A stretch of DNA of 63,983 nt, filler included, from Reticulomyxa filosa (GCA_000512085.1; 26 parts of 26 records of this genome joined end to end with filler, not necessarily neighbours in it), one strand, 5' to 3'; counted from the first letter of the whole stretch, positions 1-13,047 are shown. The notes: a model not told the origin generated them from the sequence alone. Numbers and translations are program-made.

Positions 1-890
1 AAAACGTCGACGATATAATGTGGCATTGCAAAGTTAACTTTGTTTTTTTATTGTTGTTGCAATAATATCAAATTTTTTTTGTTGTGACTTGTATATAGGA
101 ATACGTAAAGAGGAAACATACGGCCAAATTGTGTTTGAATTGGAGGAGCGGCATATAATAAATGGCACTTGCTGTGGCAATCAATATGAATGGTGCATTG
201 CAATACTATACACCAAAGAAGGTAAATTTTTTTTAGTTTATGTCTAACTTAAGCTGTAGATTGTGTTTGTTTAAAATAGAACTTCCATTGTGATGAGAAA
301 AAAAAATGAACACGGGGTAGAAACCAACCCCCGTCTCCGAAAGGAGTATATCAGGTTTATTATCTTTTTTTTTTGGATAATGTAACTGCTTTATGCTTTG
401 TATTATAGGTTCCTCCGTCCGTCAAAGATTGTTCCATTATCCTCCACCTATACACACACAAAACATAAAAAATGAAAAATAAAAATCGTGGTTGAAATCC
501 ACCCCGTCTCCAAAAGGAGTAAAAAAAGTACGCATGTGTTTATATTTATGTGTTTATATATACTTTTATCAAATAATGTGGTTGTGTTTGTGAAGAAATA
601 GGAATTCCCCTCCAAAGAAAAAAATATATATGTACTTATCTTTGATATACCTCCATCCCTTAAAAAAAAAAATGTTTGTCACAGGAAAATAAATTTTAAA
701 TCGTGTTCCAATAGTCCAGTTATAAATATATTTTTGTTTGATCTAAAAATTATAAATTGACTTTTTGTTTGTGTAGATATCATGTTCCAAAAACGTTAAA
801 GATTTTATGTTGTTTTCTTGAAGTGGGTTTGGGGGAAAATGATGAAAAAAAGTGACAAGTTGGGAAAAAAAAATGGATTTATAAAAAAAA

Positions 891-1038
891 GAATAATAAA
901 TTAGAAAAAAGGGGGAAGTGAATAAGAAGTGGAAGAAAAAAAAGAGTATAATAAAAAGAATAAAGAATAATAAATTAGAAAAAAGGGGGAAGTTAATAAG
1001 AAGGGGAAGAAAAAAAAGAGTATAATAAAAAGAATAAA
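891..1038 (+). repeat. Tandem duplication of a 74-bp purine-rich unit
   Basis: GAATAATAAATTAGAAAAAAGGGGGAAGT...GAGTATAATAAAAAGAATAAA at 891-964 is repeated at 965-1038 with about 2 mismatches. Confidence 0.85.
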
Positions 1039-4000
1039 GAAAAGAAAAAAGGAAAAAGAAAAAAAGAAAAAAGAAAATAGAAAATGGGAAAAAAAAGAAT
1101 ATTGTAAAGAAAATAATAATGAAAGAAAAAAATAATAAGATTATAATTAAAATTTTATTTTTTAATTTTTTTTTATGTTGGAAAGAATGGTTAGTATCCC
1201 GCTTGAGGATAACAACAGTTAAGTAAATATTTTTTTATTTGTGTTTGTTCAATAAAACATATTTTTAACATTATAGTGTCGGCTCAAAAAAGAACACAAT
1301 TGCCAGTGACAACAGTGGCACCATCAAGACAAATTAATCTGTATATTCGCCGTCGAATAAATGTGGTATCTTCAAATTGACAATTAATGTTATTGACGAA
1401 ACAATTCAAGTCTAGTTATGCATACTCAAATTTTTCAATCGAAAGAAGAAAAGATCAACTAGCTGAAGTGAATTATGAACAAGTAGTTACCTTCTTCTTT
1501 TTTAATTATCCACAATTTATGTGCTATTTCTGCATATATAGATTTCAAACAAAATATGTTGTCCAAGTGAACCATTGGCGATTATTAATAATTTCAGAAC
1601 ATATTTGTTATGTAATATATTCCATATATGACTATGTCTTGGATGAACAGGAACATTCAACGTCTTCTCCTCTGCAGCAGATAATATCGATATTGTTATA
1701 AGCCACATGAACCTTTCAAATAATCAATCTTCAAATCGGTTTCCACAAACAATCAATCAAATACGGCCATCGGCTTATCAGCACGGTTTCCAATTATTGA
1801 TAACATTTGTCAAGTAAATATATCATTCTTCGGGAAAAAGTTTGAACAAGTGCATTTTGAAACGACCAGAAAATAAGTGAATCGAGATCACACTAAGCAA
1901 TCTTGGGATCGGCTCCACAAATTTACAATTGGTATGCGAGAAGAATCCACAATTGCATTGCCTGCTTTAAAGTGTAACCTGTATCACGAGTGATCATCGA
2001 GAATGACAAAGACAGTATCTATATTTGAAGGTATATATTGTTTTTATCACATTTTAATTTGGTGTAATATGTTACTTAAAACAATGTGAGAATGAACCTT
2101 TTCATTGCACAGTAATTTACCTTAGATTTGGAATGAAAGAAAAAGAAAGAAGAAGATAAGAAGAGCAGGAGAAGAAGAACAATAAAAACAAGAACAAAAA
2201 GAAAAAGAAAAAGAATAGCTTAAGGAAAGATGAAAAAAAAAAGCAAAAATATCGGCCAATAGTCTTAGTGATATATGAATCATTTCAAGGAATATAGCAA
2301 ATGGCGATGAGTCTTTCAAGAAGTATCTTATCAATAGAAGAAAGGAGATAATGTTAGTGAAGAGAATCAACACAACAAATCCCGATAATAAGTGATTATT
2401 GATAAATTTATGGAAATGAAATATAAATTACAATGAAATGTTATGTGCTTGCAATCACACAACGACATTCAGATTAGCAATCACTACTTTCATTCAATTC
2501 ACTCCAAATCAACAATGCGCATAATCAATCAAACATCAATAGTCTCCATTTACATATATTTGTGATTATGCTATATGTGGTTCCCCAGATGCCGACGCAC
2601 CAAATACGCATCGAATCATTCCCAAGATACAATTGATATTGATTTGGTGGAAAATATTAAAATCATAGTATACTTCCAGTCAAGTAAAATTACCAGAGAA
2701 TGATTAGCATTATTGCCTCGAATGCATTTGAAAAAATATTGAAGTTAAAAAAACAACACATTATTTTTATCTTTCTAAGCAACTTAAATTAATGTGTTGT
2801 TTGTTGTTTTTATTGTTACAACAACTAGAATATGCTAAGTCCACAGGAGGTAGGTGGTGAAACCAGTGTTGCAAAAATGCGGAAGCAAGTACTGTTGTCT
2901 TGGTGAGAACGGAAGCATCACAAAAATAAAGAAGATTTGACGTGTAAGCGGTATTCAGATAATAGTAATAATATATTGACAACAGCGAACAGTGTTAATG
3001 CAAAGATACATGAAGAGCTTAGGCCTGAAAATAATATCAGTCCATCCACAATATCTGGGATACCATTTACACTCAATCAAACAGATTGGTAGATCTTTTC
3101 CATGGCGACATGAATCAAGAAAGTAATGGTTATCTCATAATGCACAAATTCTCAATACACATCTTATCTTGCAGTAATACCTGAGTTCTCAGAAGTCACT
3201 ATGTTCCACCAAGTACACGAACAGCCATGATAACACAACTCCATTATTCCACGTCGACGCAGTACCTGTTTTACCTCCATTCATGCCAAGTCAAAGCGAC
3301 AGATTAACACATTAAACAATGACCAAATCATTGTATTAAATGTGAGTTAGAACAAGGCCACGAATACCGCCTTCCAATCGACTGCCATTTCTATTGGCTC
3401 CGTTTCGTCGCTATTTTGTCATTGGCACTTGAGGTGACGTTGATGTCATGGTTTAATCTTGGGACCACAGTTATATCAACGTATCTTCTCCTTTCTTTTT
3501 CTTTGCTTCTTGCATTTGCTGCTGCCAAAGATGCCTTCGATTTAGTCTCAAAGATGCGATGATGATACAGTTTGTATCATCAAAGCGTGTTATTGATGCA
3601 CCAGCCGAAGTAAATCAAATGCACTTACCATGGCCTCGGAATGCGCACAAGCAATCCGGAAATGAAAAACAGCATTGCAACAATATACAAAATTGTGCAA
3701 TGTTGTCTGTCCATTTCCTTCGTTGACATGGAGTACTCTGCAACAAGGACATATCGATCCGTCTTTATTTGTTCTTTGTTGTTTAGTCTCATTGTGTGAA
3801 TTGTTGTTAGTACTGTGATCAAATGTGTTGTGCCTGATTGTTGTTGCCTGTTTTTCAATATGATTATATTTTCGATATGTATTTTCTCAGCCATTCTTTA
3901 TTCTCGTCAATATCTGAACCAATTGATTGAAATAAGCAACTCAAATAAGGTTGAATCAATCCTTTCTTGCACTCTTCTCTGTTTCTGCAGTCTAAAGCAT

Positions 4001-4887
4001 CTCATCTCCAATTGTTTCCTCATTGGAGAGTTTGTTTGTGCATTAGTTTTTCTACTTCACTAAACTTTTGCGATGAATAATGGTTACCTGAGAAAAAAAA
4101 ACAAATAATCCTTTTTTTTTTAAAAATAACAAAAAAAGTGAAAAGATAACAAAATATATACTATTAATGCGATCCAACTGATTGAAAAACAATGGGAACA
4201 AAAGAATGAACAAAATGACACGTATAATAAGTTAACTAACGTACACAAAAAAATGACACGTACAAAAAAAATCATTAATCGCCTAAAACGTGTATATGTA
4301 TATAAAACCACAGCTAATAAAAAAAAAAGGATCGACAAGAGGGCAGAGCAGCTATACGAGACAGTGACATGCTGTGACGTGGTGATCTTAGCATCACCAA
4401 AGTATAGCAGGAACTGGTAAGATGGACAGCAGCTGCGACTTTGTCTGCACCACGCGCGCGCACGCGCGTGTTGGATATGTTCACAAGTGATAACTCGTGC
4501 ATAAGGAAATTGCTCCATTGACATGTGTCAGTCGCTCAAAAACATGTTCGCTCTTTCATATTGCTTCGCTTGTGTCTCTGCTACACAATATCTCCACCAA
4601 AGACTTCTTTCTGTTTTGCTGCTTAATCACAACTTCGCCCCCTTTTCTTTGCACTCTGATAACAGGTACTACTAGGGTGTTGGCTCTATTACCTTCAATT
4701 GCGAACTTTCCATTCGACGTCCATCACAACTATATTGCACATGCGTATATGCATTATTCGATTACATTTGCTGAAAGGATTTCGTCCATTGATGCTATGC
4801 GCAAGTATGTATTGCAGATCTTCTCTTTCAATAATAAGTACTTGTGTTTGTTTTCGACTGTTCTTCCCTTTTCCAATTGCTCGTTCA

Positions 4888-4987
4888 NNNNNNNNNNNNN
4901 NNNNNNNNNNNNNNNNNNNNNNNNNNNNNNNTTAATTAATTAANNNNNNNNNNNNNNNNNNNNNNNNNNNNNNNNNNNNNNNNNNNN
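4888..4987. other. Artificial 100-bp contig linker (44N-TTAATTAATTAA-44N); first of 25
   Basis: Identical linkers start at 4888, 9929, 11227, 14086, 18063, 19306, 21137, 23498, 25787, 28702, 31156, 32965, 36839, 43088, 44546, 45976, 47393, 48508, 51641, 53136, 55020, 56547, 58458, 60695 and 62774. TTAATTAATTAA gives stops in all six frames. Confidence 0.99.
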
Positions 4988-4993
4988 AAAAAA

Positions 4994-5030
<37 letters not shown>

Positions 5031-5406
5031 TGCGGACACATACTGGAGAGAGACCCTATTCCTGCTCACATTGCAATAAGTCGTTCACACAAAAAGGTGC
5101 TTTGAAAAGACACTCACGTCTGCATACTGGAGAAAAACCATTCAAGTGCTCTTATCCAAACTGCGAAAGGGCCTTCAGTGATTCTGGAAATATGCGCAAG
5201 CATATGAAAGTTCACCAAAGGTGTGTTCTTGCAAATTTTCATTGGTACATATATGTATATGTATATTTATTTATTATCTATTTATGTTGCAACGATAACA
5301 TAAAAAAAAAATAAAAAAAATAAAAAAAATAAAAAAAAGATACATTGTCAACCGGATGCATCCTTCCAAAACTCATAGCTGTGAAGAATCGGAAGAAATG
5401 CCTTAA
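5031..5406 (+). CDS. C2H2 zinc-finger protein, 3' part (exons 5031-5220, 5340-5406)
   Basis: [16 protein letters not shown]...[22 protein letters not shown]...HMKVH: two fingers with TGE(R/K)P linkers. GT-AG intron 5221-5339 restores an in-frame tail ending at TAA 5404-5406. Confidence 0.92.
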
Positions 5407-7592
5407 AATTAAAAATTACATTATTCAATTTCAAAAAAAAAAAAAATAATAAAAAATAAAAATAATTCTTTTTGCTTTTGTTTTTTTAATTTTTCTTATT
5501 TTTTTTTTTTTTTGCTCACAAAAACACATTGTTTTACATTCTCGCTTTCTCTTTTTTGGAAACATTTGAAACGTACATGTGCATGGTAGTGGGTGATGGG
5601 TTTGTAAAATGGTTATTCTATTTTCCATCAGAAGTATTAATTTTTTTTTTTTTTTTTTTGCTGTTAATTTTTCAGGGATGTTTCTTGCTTTGTTTGTTAT
5701 TTGTTTTTCCCATGTTTGATTTTGTCGTGTGTCAAATTTGTCTGACTGTAAGTTTTTTATTTATTTCTTTGTTTATTTGTTTTTATGTTACAATGTTCTG
5801 TTTTCCATTTTTGTGATGTGCAAACAATGCATCTTTTTCTTTTTTTTAAGAAACATCAAAAATGGAGAAGGAGAGAAAAAAAAAAAAAAGCACTTAAATA
5901 AAATATTCCACTTTACTTTTTTTGGTGGCAAGTTTTTTTTTTCTCCTACCCAAATCCACTTGTCATATTATGTGTATCGTGATTTCTGTTTGCTTTGGTT
6001 TGTTTTGTTTTGCCACCGGAAAATTTAAAATAAAGTGCATAATTGAGCTAGCACTGGTTGTTTAGGTGGGCAGCTTGGCTGCCAGGTTTTTCTTTTCAGT
6101 GTTCATCGATGTATTTTTTTCTTGCACTATTTCCTTTGTCAAATAAGTTTTCTTTCCGTGTGACACAAATCTTCTTTCCATTTTAGTGGTTCTTTGTGAA
6201 AGAAGAGGAAAGGTGAAACACTTTTCTTTTGATCTTTGGAAATCTTAAACACTCAACTTTTTTTTTTTCCTTCTTCGATAAATTGGAGTGTAAAGAGATT
6301 GGTAACAACAAAAAAAAAAATTAGGCTTGGTGAATGTTGTTGTTTTGTTTTGAATTATTCGAAGCTATAGAATGCGGTTATATTCGACGATGGACCTTCC
6401 TTATATTTCTTTGGTTTCTTTTTTCAGTTTCATTGGTGTTATTTAACTTAGTTGACTGTGAATCCTGGAGGGTGGTATTATTCACTTTCTCATTGGATGA
6501 ATGTGTTAAGACATTACAATTTATTTCTTCGCAAAGTAATTCACTTTAAAAGAAATAAATATTTGGAAAAATACAAACAATTTGGCATAGCAACAGTAAT
6601 TGCTTGTGAAACAATATATCGAATATTTGATTTTTTTGGATGGTGCAAATTTGGAAAAAACTGTCTAACTGACGTTGGTCATCTTTCTCTTGACACAAAA
6701 AACAAAAGCAAATAGGTGTTTTAATATCAGCAGACAAACATGTTATTAGAAGTGAAACGATCCAAAAAAAGATTAATCTAAAATGAACCACTATAAATAT
6801 TTCAATTTTGTTCGTTTAAAATGATATATACACTAAACCTAAAAATGTATTTGGTTTTTAATAAACGTGCAAAAAACGATGAAAAAATCGTTAATATTTT
6901 TTAGTTTTTTGAAAATTTTGAAAAGGGGTTAACGATTCGTTAAAAAAAAAATTCAATCAATTAATTATCAATATCAAGTTTGCCACTGAAAGTTGTTTAT
7001 TAAATGGATCTGTTTAACAGATACTTCAACATATATTAGACCGAAGTTTATTTTACGTAAATGTTTGATATTGTTGAAAGAATTTTCGTTGGAAGAAAGC
7101 AAAAGTTTTTGTGCGATTGATGATCAAAATAAAAGTATAATAGAATGACGAAATACTACAATCAAGTGACAAACATTTAACTAATTGACTCGTTTGGAGA
7201 ATGTTTCGATATCAAGTCAATTGTTGGCACAAGACCAAATAATATAATGAGGCAATAATAACAAGAACTGGAAAAATATTTGAAAGCGAATTCGATATGT
7301 TCGAAAATGCATGATCGACAATGAGAGAATATTGTCGTATTGAAATGACAAATACGTACAAATGCGATGAAGAAGAAAATGAAAACCAAGAACAAGAAAA
7401 AAACTAGAATAAAAAGAAAATAAAATTACCTAAGAAGTGCAAGATAATCAGTCATTGAATGCAGCACAAACAGATAAAAGTAAACAAATATTCAATGACA
7501 AAACTATTTGAGAGTGTATTAAAAGATTTAATAAGAATAATTTGAGTAAGTAGTTACAATCGATAAAAAAGAGATAAACATAAAATGAACAC

Positions 7593-7817
7593 TATGTAGA
7601 TTCAAATGTTTCTTCATGAAAAATCAACATTTATTCAAAATTTTTTAAAAAGTGATATATACGCATACCAGAGAATCAAAAACGTATTTGATTTTTAATA
7701 AAAGTGTATAAACTATACAAAAATCGTTTAATTTTTCTAATAATCTTCAAAAAATATTTAAAAAAAGAATTTTGAATAAATGTTGATTTTTCATGAATAA
7801 ACATACGAATCGATATA
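7593..7817. mobile_element. ~225-bp MITE-like element with 50-bp terminal inverted repeats and TA ends
   Basis: 7593-7642 is the reverse complement of 7768-7817 at 45/50 positions, with a perfect 30-bp core TTCATGAAAAATCAACATTTATTCAAAATT. TA at both outer ends. No ORF inside. Confidence 0.7.
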
Positions 7818-7819
7818 AT

Positions 7820-8442
7820 CTTACTCTTTCATCAAATAATAACATTTCATTATTTTTTTACTTTTTTGATATTAAGACAAAATAATGATATCTTGTAACA
7901 AATTTGATGGATAAAATATCACGTTTAATATATTGAAATGTACTAAAATCAAATAAATCAATATTTGGAAAATTATGTTTACTTTCTCCAATTACTGCAT
8001 GCGCTCCAATATAATCACAATTATATCTCTTTCAAGAATTATTGAATTATCTTTCTTATCAGTAAATGGAATACATTGATTATAATTCTTTTATTAACAT
8101 TATTTTCACTTATATATTTCATATTAATGTATATCTTGTGTTTTACTTTTATTTCCACCAAAAGACAATAAAGAGATTTCATTTTTATTCTATGATCCAA
8201 AAGTTTTACTACACAATGTTCATCCATAATGATCCAACTGGATAAGAACAAATAATTTTATATTTATTTTTATTGGTGTGATAAAATTAGCACACGTTTT
8301 CATAAAAGCTTCCACAAATAACTATTTCGTCTTTGTACGCCACACGTTGAGATCGGAAAAGTGTTGACAGGAAGGCTAAATCATCAAAGACCTCGCCCAA
8401 ACCTTGATATTGTGCTGATTTTTCTTCAAGAGGGGTTTGCAT
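7820..8442 (-). pseudogene. Kelch-repeat beta-propeller pseudogene, truncated at the MITE
   Basis: Reads MQTPLEEK...YKDEIVICGSFYENVC*FYHTNKNKYKIICSYP...HCVVKL...LSFGG...NEMLLF. Stops and frameshifts. Homologous to the Kelch copies at 21.2-22.0 kb and 44.7-45.7 kb. Confidence 0.8.
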
Positions 8443-8739
8443 TGCTGCTTTGTTTCCCGTCTGGTAAAGATGAACAATGAAAGATGAGTTTGTTTGAGTC
8501 CCTTGGAGAAAAAAATACTACATTGCTTTTCACTTTTTTATTAATTGAGATTATCGTTTGAAAGAAAAACTGGAATCATCATTATGTTTTATTACTTCCT
8601 TTCAATACGGATGTGATATAATATCACTGTACTTACCATGCATTTTGCACTCAACTTTGCCGATACATATTTACGGCAATGCTGAATAAAGCTCAGAAAT
8701 CGATTTGAACATTGACAATGAAACACGAATTTGATCAAA

Positions 8740-9728
8740 TAAAGGCTTTTCCAGTACTTCCAAATTTGGTGCATTTAAACTTGCATGCGTTAAAATCGAC
8801 AGCTGTTTCAAGTCAATTCATATAAATGCAACAATGCCACAATTGAGGACTCAATATCGTGTTTTATTGATAAGTCCGTGTAGGTATTGCAATTGGAAAC
8901 AAATGATCGAAGTCGAAGATGTGTGTGATTTTGGCGGAGACAAGGCTTTTTTGGCATTAGCTTCTGACCCATACAAATTTAATAATGGCCGAGAACATTT
9001 GGAAATTGAATTTGTTAACCACTTGCTACTCTCTTGCCCAAACTTAGTGGCGCTAAATTACATTGCTCAAGAGAGTTCAGAAAAGATGCTCGAAATTCCG
9101 TCAACTTTGGAATGGTTAGCGGTCGAACGGAAGGAGGAATCACGATGTATTCAATTAGATTTAAGTCAATGCAAGAGTAAGTTTAAATTTTTTTTAATTT
9201 TGGTGTGTATGAAGGAAATAATTTTTAAATAATCCAAAAAAAAGAAAAGACGTGGCTTCACCTATAATCAAATGGCCGGCGGAAACAATACTGAAAATTG
9301 GTTGTTTGGTAATTCAACATGAATGTGATATTAAATACTGGAATGACTTATTATCATTTCCCACAAGACATTGTGATGTGCAATTTTGTGCAGTTCTACA
9401 AAAAACGATTATATACGACTTTACACTCGATAACTCGATCTTTTCCATGTTGTCTAGATCTTATTCTACACTTAATAAGACCGAACAAATTTTTGCGAAA
9501 AGACTTGGAAAATGTTATCAAGATAATGTATCGTCTGCATCTATTGAAAAGGATTCCAACAATAGTAATATTCGCTGGACATCAGTGTATTTTTTTCAAA
9601 AAATTGCTGAGGTTATGTGAACTGATAATACCAAAGTAAAGGAGTATCAAAAGTGGTTTGATGTTGATGATGCTCGTTGGATTCTCGATTTGTTCTCTCT
9701 TCATGTTGTGGATCATCAGTGTTGCTAG
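8740..9728 (+). pseudogene. Hypothetical protein, possibly LRR/RNI-like, two exons, degraded
   Basis: ORFs 8834-9232 and 9252-9620 separated by a GTAAGT...AG intron. LPNLVHLNL and CPNLVALN resemble LRR segments. In-frame TGA at 9618 with the frame continuing to 9728. Confidence 0.35.
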
Positions 9729-10028
9729 ATCGTTTTAACATATTTCATACAACTTAAAACTTTACAAAAGAATTGTTTATATTCTGTTAACTATATACAT
9801 TATGATTACTTTTTTCATTTTAACTACATTAGTTTGCAAAAAAAAGTACAAAAAAAAGAGCTTTTTTAGTATTTGACTTATATATCTTTATTGAAAAGAG
9901 CTTACAGTATGTTGCAAAGAAAACTGAANNNNNNNNNNNNNNNNNNNNNNNNNNNNNNNNNNNNNNNNNNNNTTAATTAATTAANNNNNNNNNNNNNNNN
10001 NNNNNNNNNNNNNNNNNNNNNNNNNNNN

Positions 10029-10722
10029 AAATATATTTAAGTGGGGTGGTAGCAAAGATTTTGAATCATTGAAGAAAAATTTAGCTAATTATCGTCGAGG
10101 AGCACCGATTGGTAATAGACCTTATTTTGTTTTCTTGAGACAAGTACATGATTATAGAGCTGTAGAAGCATTATTGAAAGCAAGTATTCCAATCCAATTT
10201 AAAGATAAAAAATCTGGTCAAAATGAGATCGTACATTGCCATCATCGAGTACTTTTTCGACTGGTGGAATCGGCAATGATTGTGCTAAAGGATTATTCAA
10301 AGAAGTTTGCAATTCAGTGAATGAAATGCAACGTTCATTAACAGAAGAACCATTGGATTTGCCTGAAATTAATCTCAATGATCTGGAAGATCCTGATGAA
10401 AAAAACAAAGAAGAACAAAGTAATGATAAAGAAAAAAACAAACGAAGATGATCCATTAACAAATGAAGAAATTGCAACAACTGAGACAGCAATCTTAAAT
10501 TTGCTACAGAAAATTCAACAATTAAAATCGCATTGTGGATCACTGACGCAAGCACTTAGTGCAATTCCAAGGAAAAGAATAATCAAAGAAAGTAATTTAA
10601 GAAATGAAATAAAACAAGTGGCGTCGACGAATAATATGGGATGCGATTGTGTCGCATTGATGAAGATGATCAAATATGCTGCAACAATCAATATAAAATT
10701 AAAAATTTCATATTCAGAGTGA
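10029..10722 (+). pseudogene. Frameshifted hypothetical gene fragment
   Basis: Three overlapping protein-like ORFs in successive frames (10069-10320, 10236-10451, 10378-10722). No family recognised. Confidence 0.35.
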
Positions 10723-11383
10723 TTTGATTTATTTATTTTTTTGTTGTATGTGTTTACAATCAAAAAGATCATTACAAATGATCAATGAATTTATTCAATT
10801 AAAAAAGCCAAATACAAAGAAATACATTTTTAATTGCAAATTTTTTTTGTTACCCAGTTTGATAAGAAACAGTCAGGAATCGCTATTGTCCAAAAAATTG
10901 GGAACTATTATTTCATTAATTGCGAAAGAACGCAAAAAATTTATCAAAACCAACTTGAAACAAATCACATAAACCCCTTTTTTTAAAAAAAAGTATAAAA
11001 ATTTTTTTCGAAAAAAGGGTGGAGGTACAAAGACAAATCAGGTGAAAATAAAATAAAATGCTTCAACAGCAAGCAAATGGAGTCATTCAATATTGTATTC
11101 TTTTTTTCATTTTTTACTAACGTGTGCAATTCCGAAATGATACCATCGTTGCCTTGACAGCCTTCTAACAGATCTACATACGTTGCAAAAATATCAGGCA
11201 AAAAATATATAATTGATTCAATCATTNNNNNNNNNNNNNNNNNNNNNNNNNNNNNNNNNNNNNNNNNNNNTTAATTAATTAANNNNNNNNNNNNNNNNNN
11301 NNNNNNNNNNNNNNNNNNNNNNNNNNAAAAAAAAAAAAAAAAAATAATAATAATAATAATAAAATAAAAAACAAAAAACATAC

Positions 11384-13047
11384 CATCGTACGAAGACATC
11401 GAACCGGACGTATCCAACACCAATGAAATACAGGAAGGTCGTTTAATTTTGTGCCACACCTTCACCACTTCGGTCATTATATCAGCAGTCGGGAATGTAA
11501 TGAGGGGAGTGGTCTCAATGTTTTGGGTGGATCGGTGCCATACTTTTTCGTAATGATCGAGTTGCAACAGGTGATGTCAGTGATACCTGAACCTTCGTAA
11601 GGTCGAATTCCATACTGAAGCATTTCCTGCAGCTTGTCTTTTTGACTGGCAAACTCCACAAAGAGACGGGCCGCTTCCACTTGTTCAGAAGTCGCCCAAT
11701 CAGCTTTGTCCAACACACAAAGAGGCTGATCCACCCAAAACGTACCATCGCTTAAGTAAATAAATACCCAAGTGTCGTTCCAATAATACCGCAATTCCGA
11801 TTCAAACTCTTTGTTCCAAAGCGCAACGTTGGATTCATACGTAGCCACAGCGTCCAAGTAGTTGGGTCCGTGATGTTTCATCCTGGCCAATAAATCGGTA
11901 TCAATGCTGCCTTTATAAAAAAAGTAAAGTATTGTTTGTTATTCAAACGCAAGCCATTTTGTAACTAGTTATATACGTTATATAATGTGTTTCTTCTTCC
12001 CAACGTTTGGTTCTTTTCTAAACATCTTACAATGTATACGTTTATAAATATAAACTAGATAAATGTACAAAACCAAAAAAAAAAAAAAAAAAAAAATAAA
12101 GCACACAATAGGTATATAATCAACACACACACACATACATACATACCCAAATGGGTGACACTCTGCTCCACAGCAATAACACGGTCGTTGTATTGAGCTG
12201 CATCGACTTCACTCAAACTCAAACCTTGCTCTGTCGTGGCATTGGTGTGGGCAAAAATGTTATCTATGACTGACAGACGACCGCTATTCGAGCTGTCTGG
12301 ATTACCATGGGCATACTTGAATGCTCCCCATTCGCTGTGCCCGTATAAGCTCCAGCCACTATCGTTTAGTCCCAACAAGCTTATCTGCGCAAATGATATC
12401 GGCTTGTTTGGCCAGCCTAGTGCTTCTGCACGGCTTTTCCACATCGCTAATCCTATATACACGTATACAATTTTATTTTATTTTTTTAGTATACGTCCTA
12501 GCACAATTTACGTTCTCTGATTTTTTTTTTTTTAAGAAAGTTCCACACACCCAGCGGAATATCAGTGACAGCAGTGCATGCGGACGTGTTAGTAATCAAC
12601 TGAACATCATTGTCATCTTGATATTGGGTTACGTATTCCACATTGGAAGAGACCACAATGCTGGTGTTAAACTTTCTTTCAGTAATGATCCGGTGTGGTA
12701 CATGGAAATATTAATCGATTTTCCACTTGAGGTCTTTGGGTTGGAGGCAAGAAATTCTGTCCGCATTGTGTCCATCCATGCTTCCTTTGTATTGCTCGAC
12801 TGAATTATCAGTGTCACTTGGCCGTTGCTCTGCGAACTTGCTTCACTTGATTTTCCGGCTGTTACACCAACTGTCACACCAACAATTATTCCTGCCACAA
12901 CTAACATCACGCAAATCGATATCCATATTGTCTTTGTCGACTTCGGCTCTGTTTTCAATCATTTCACATATTTTTTTTTCTCCTTTGGGAGACGGGTGTT
13001 TACTAAGTACCCGGTGGGGCAGAAGGCTGAGGATATCCTTCTCTCAT
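11384..13047 (-). CDS. Membrane-anchored bacterial-type extracellular solute-binding protein fused to a vWA domain (3' end off contig)
   Basis: Exons 13047-13011, 12948-12551, 12452-12147, 11910-11384 joined by GT-AG introns. N-terminal TM IWISICVMLVVAGIIVGVTVGV. SBP motifs LAMWKSRAEALGWPNKPI, GWSLYGHSEWGAFKYAHGNPDSSNSG, GTFWVDQP, QYGIRP. vWA MIDAS start LVLDTSGSM. Two 1-bp frameshifts in C-runs (~12648, ~11530). Confidence 0.88.

Noticed and set aside
4932-4943. TTAATTAATTAA repeated 25 times between N-runs, which could be taken for a repeat array, CRISPR or telomere-like motif
   Set aside because: Fixed 44N-12-44N format; it is a synthetic six-frame-stop spacer.
6929-6943. Small palindrome TTAACGATTCGTTAA as a Helitron 3' hairpin
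   Set aside because: AT-rich, only a 7-bp stem, and no CTRR terminus at the expected distance.
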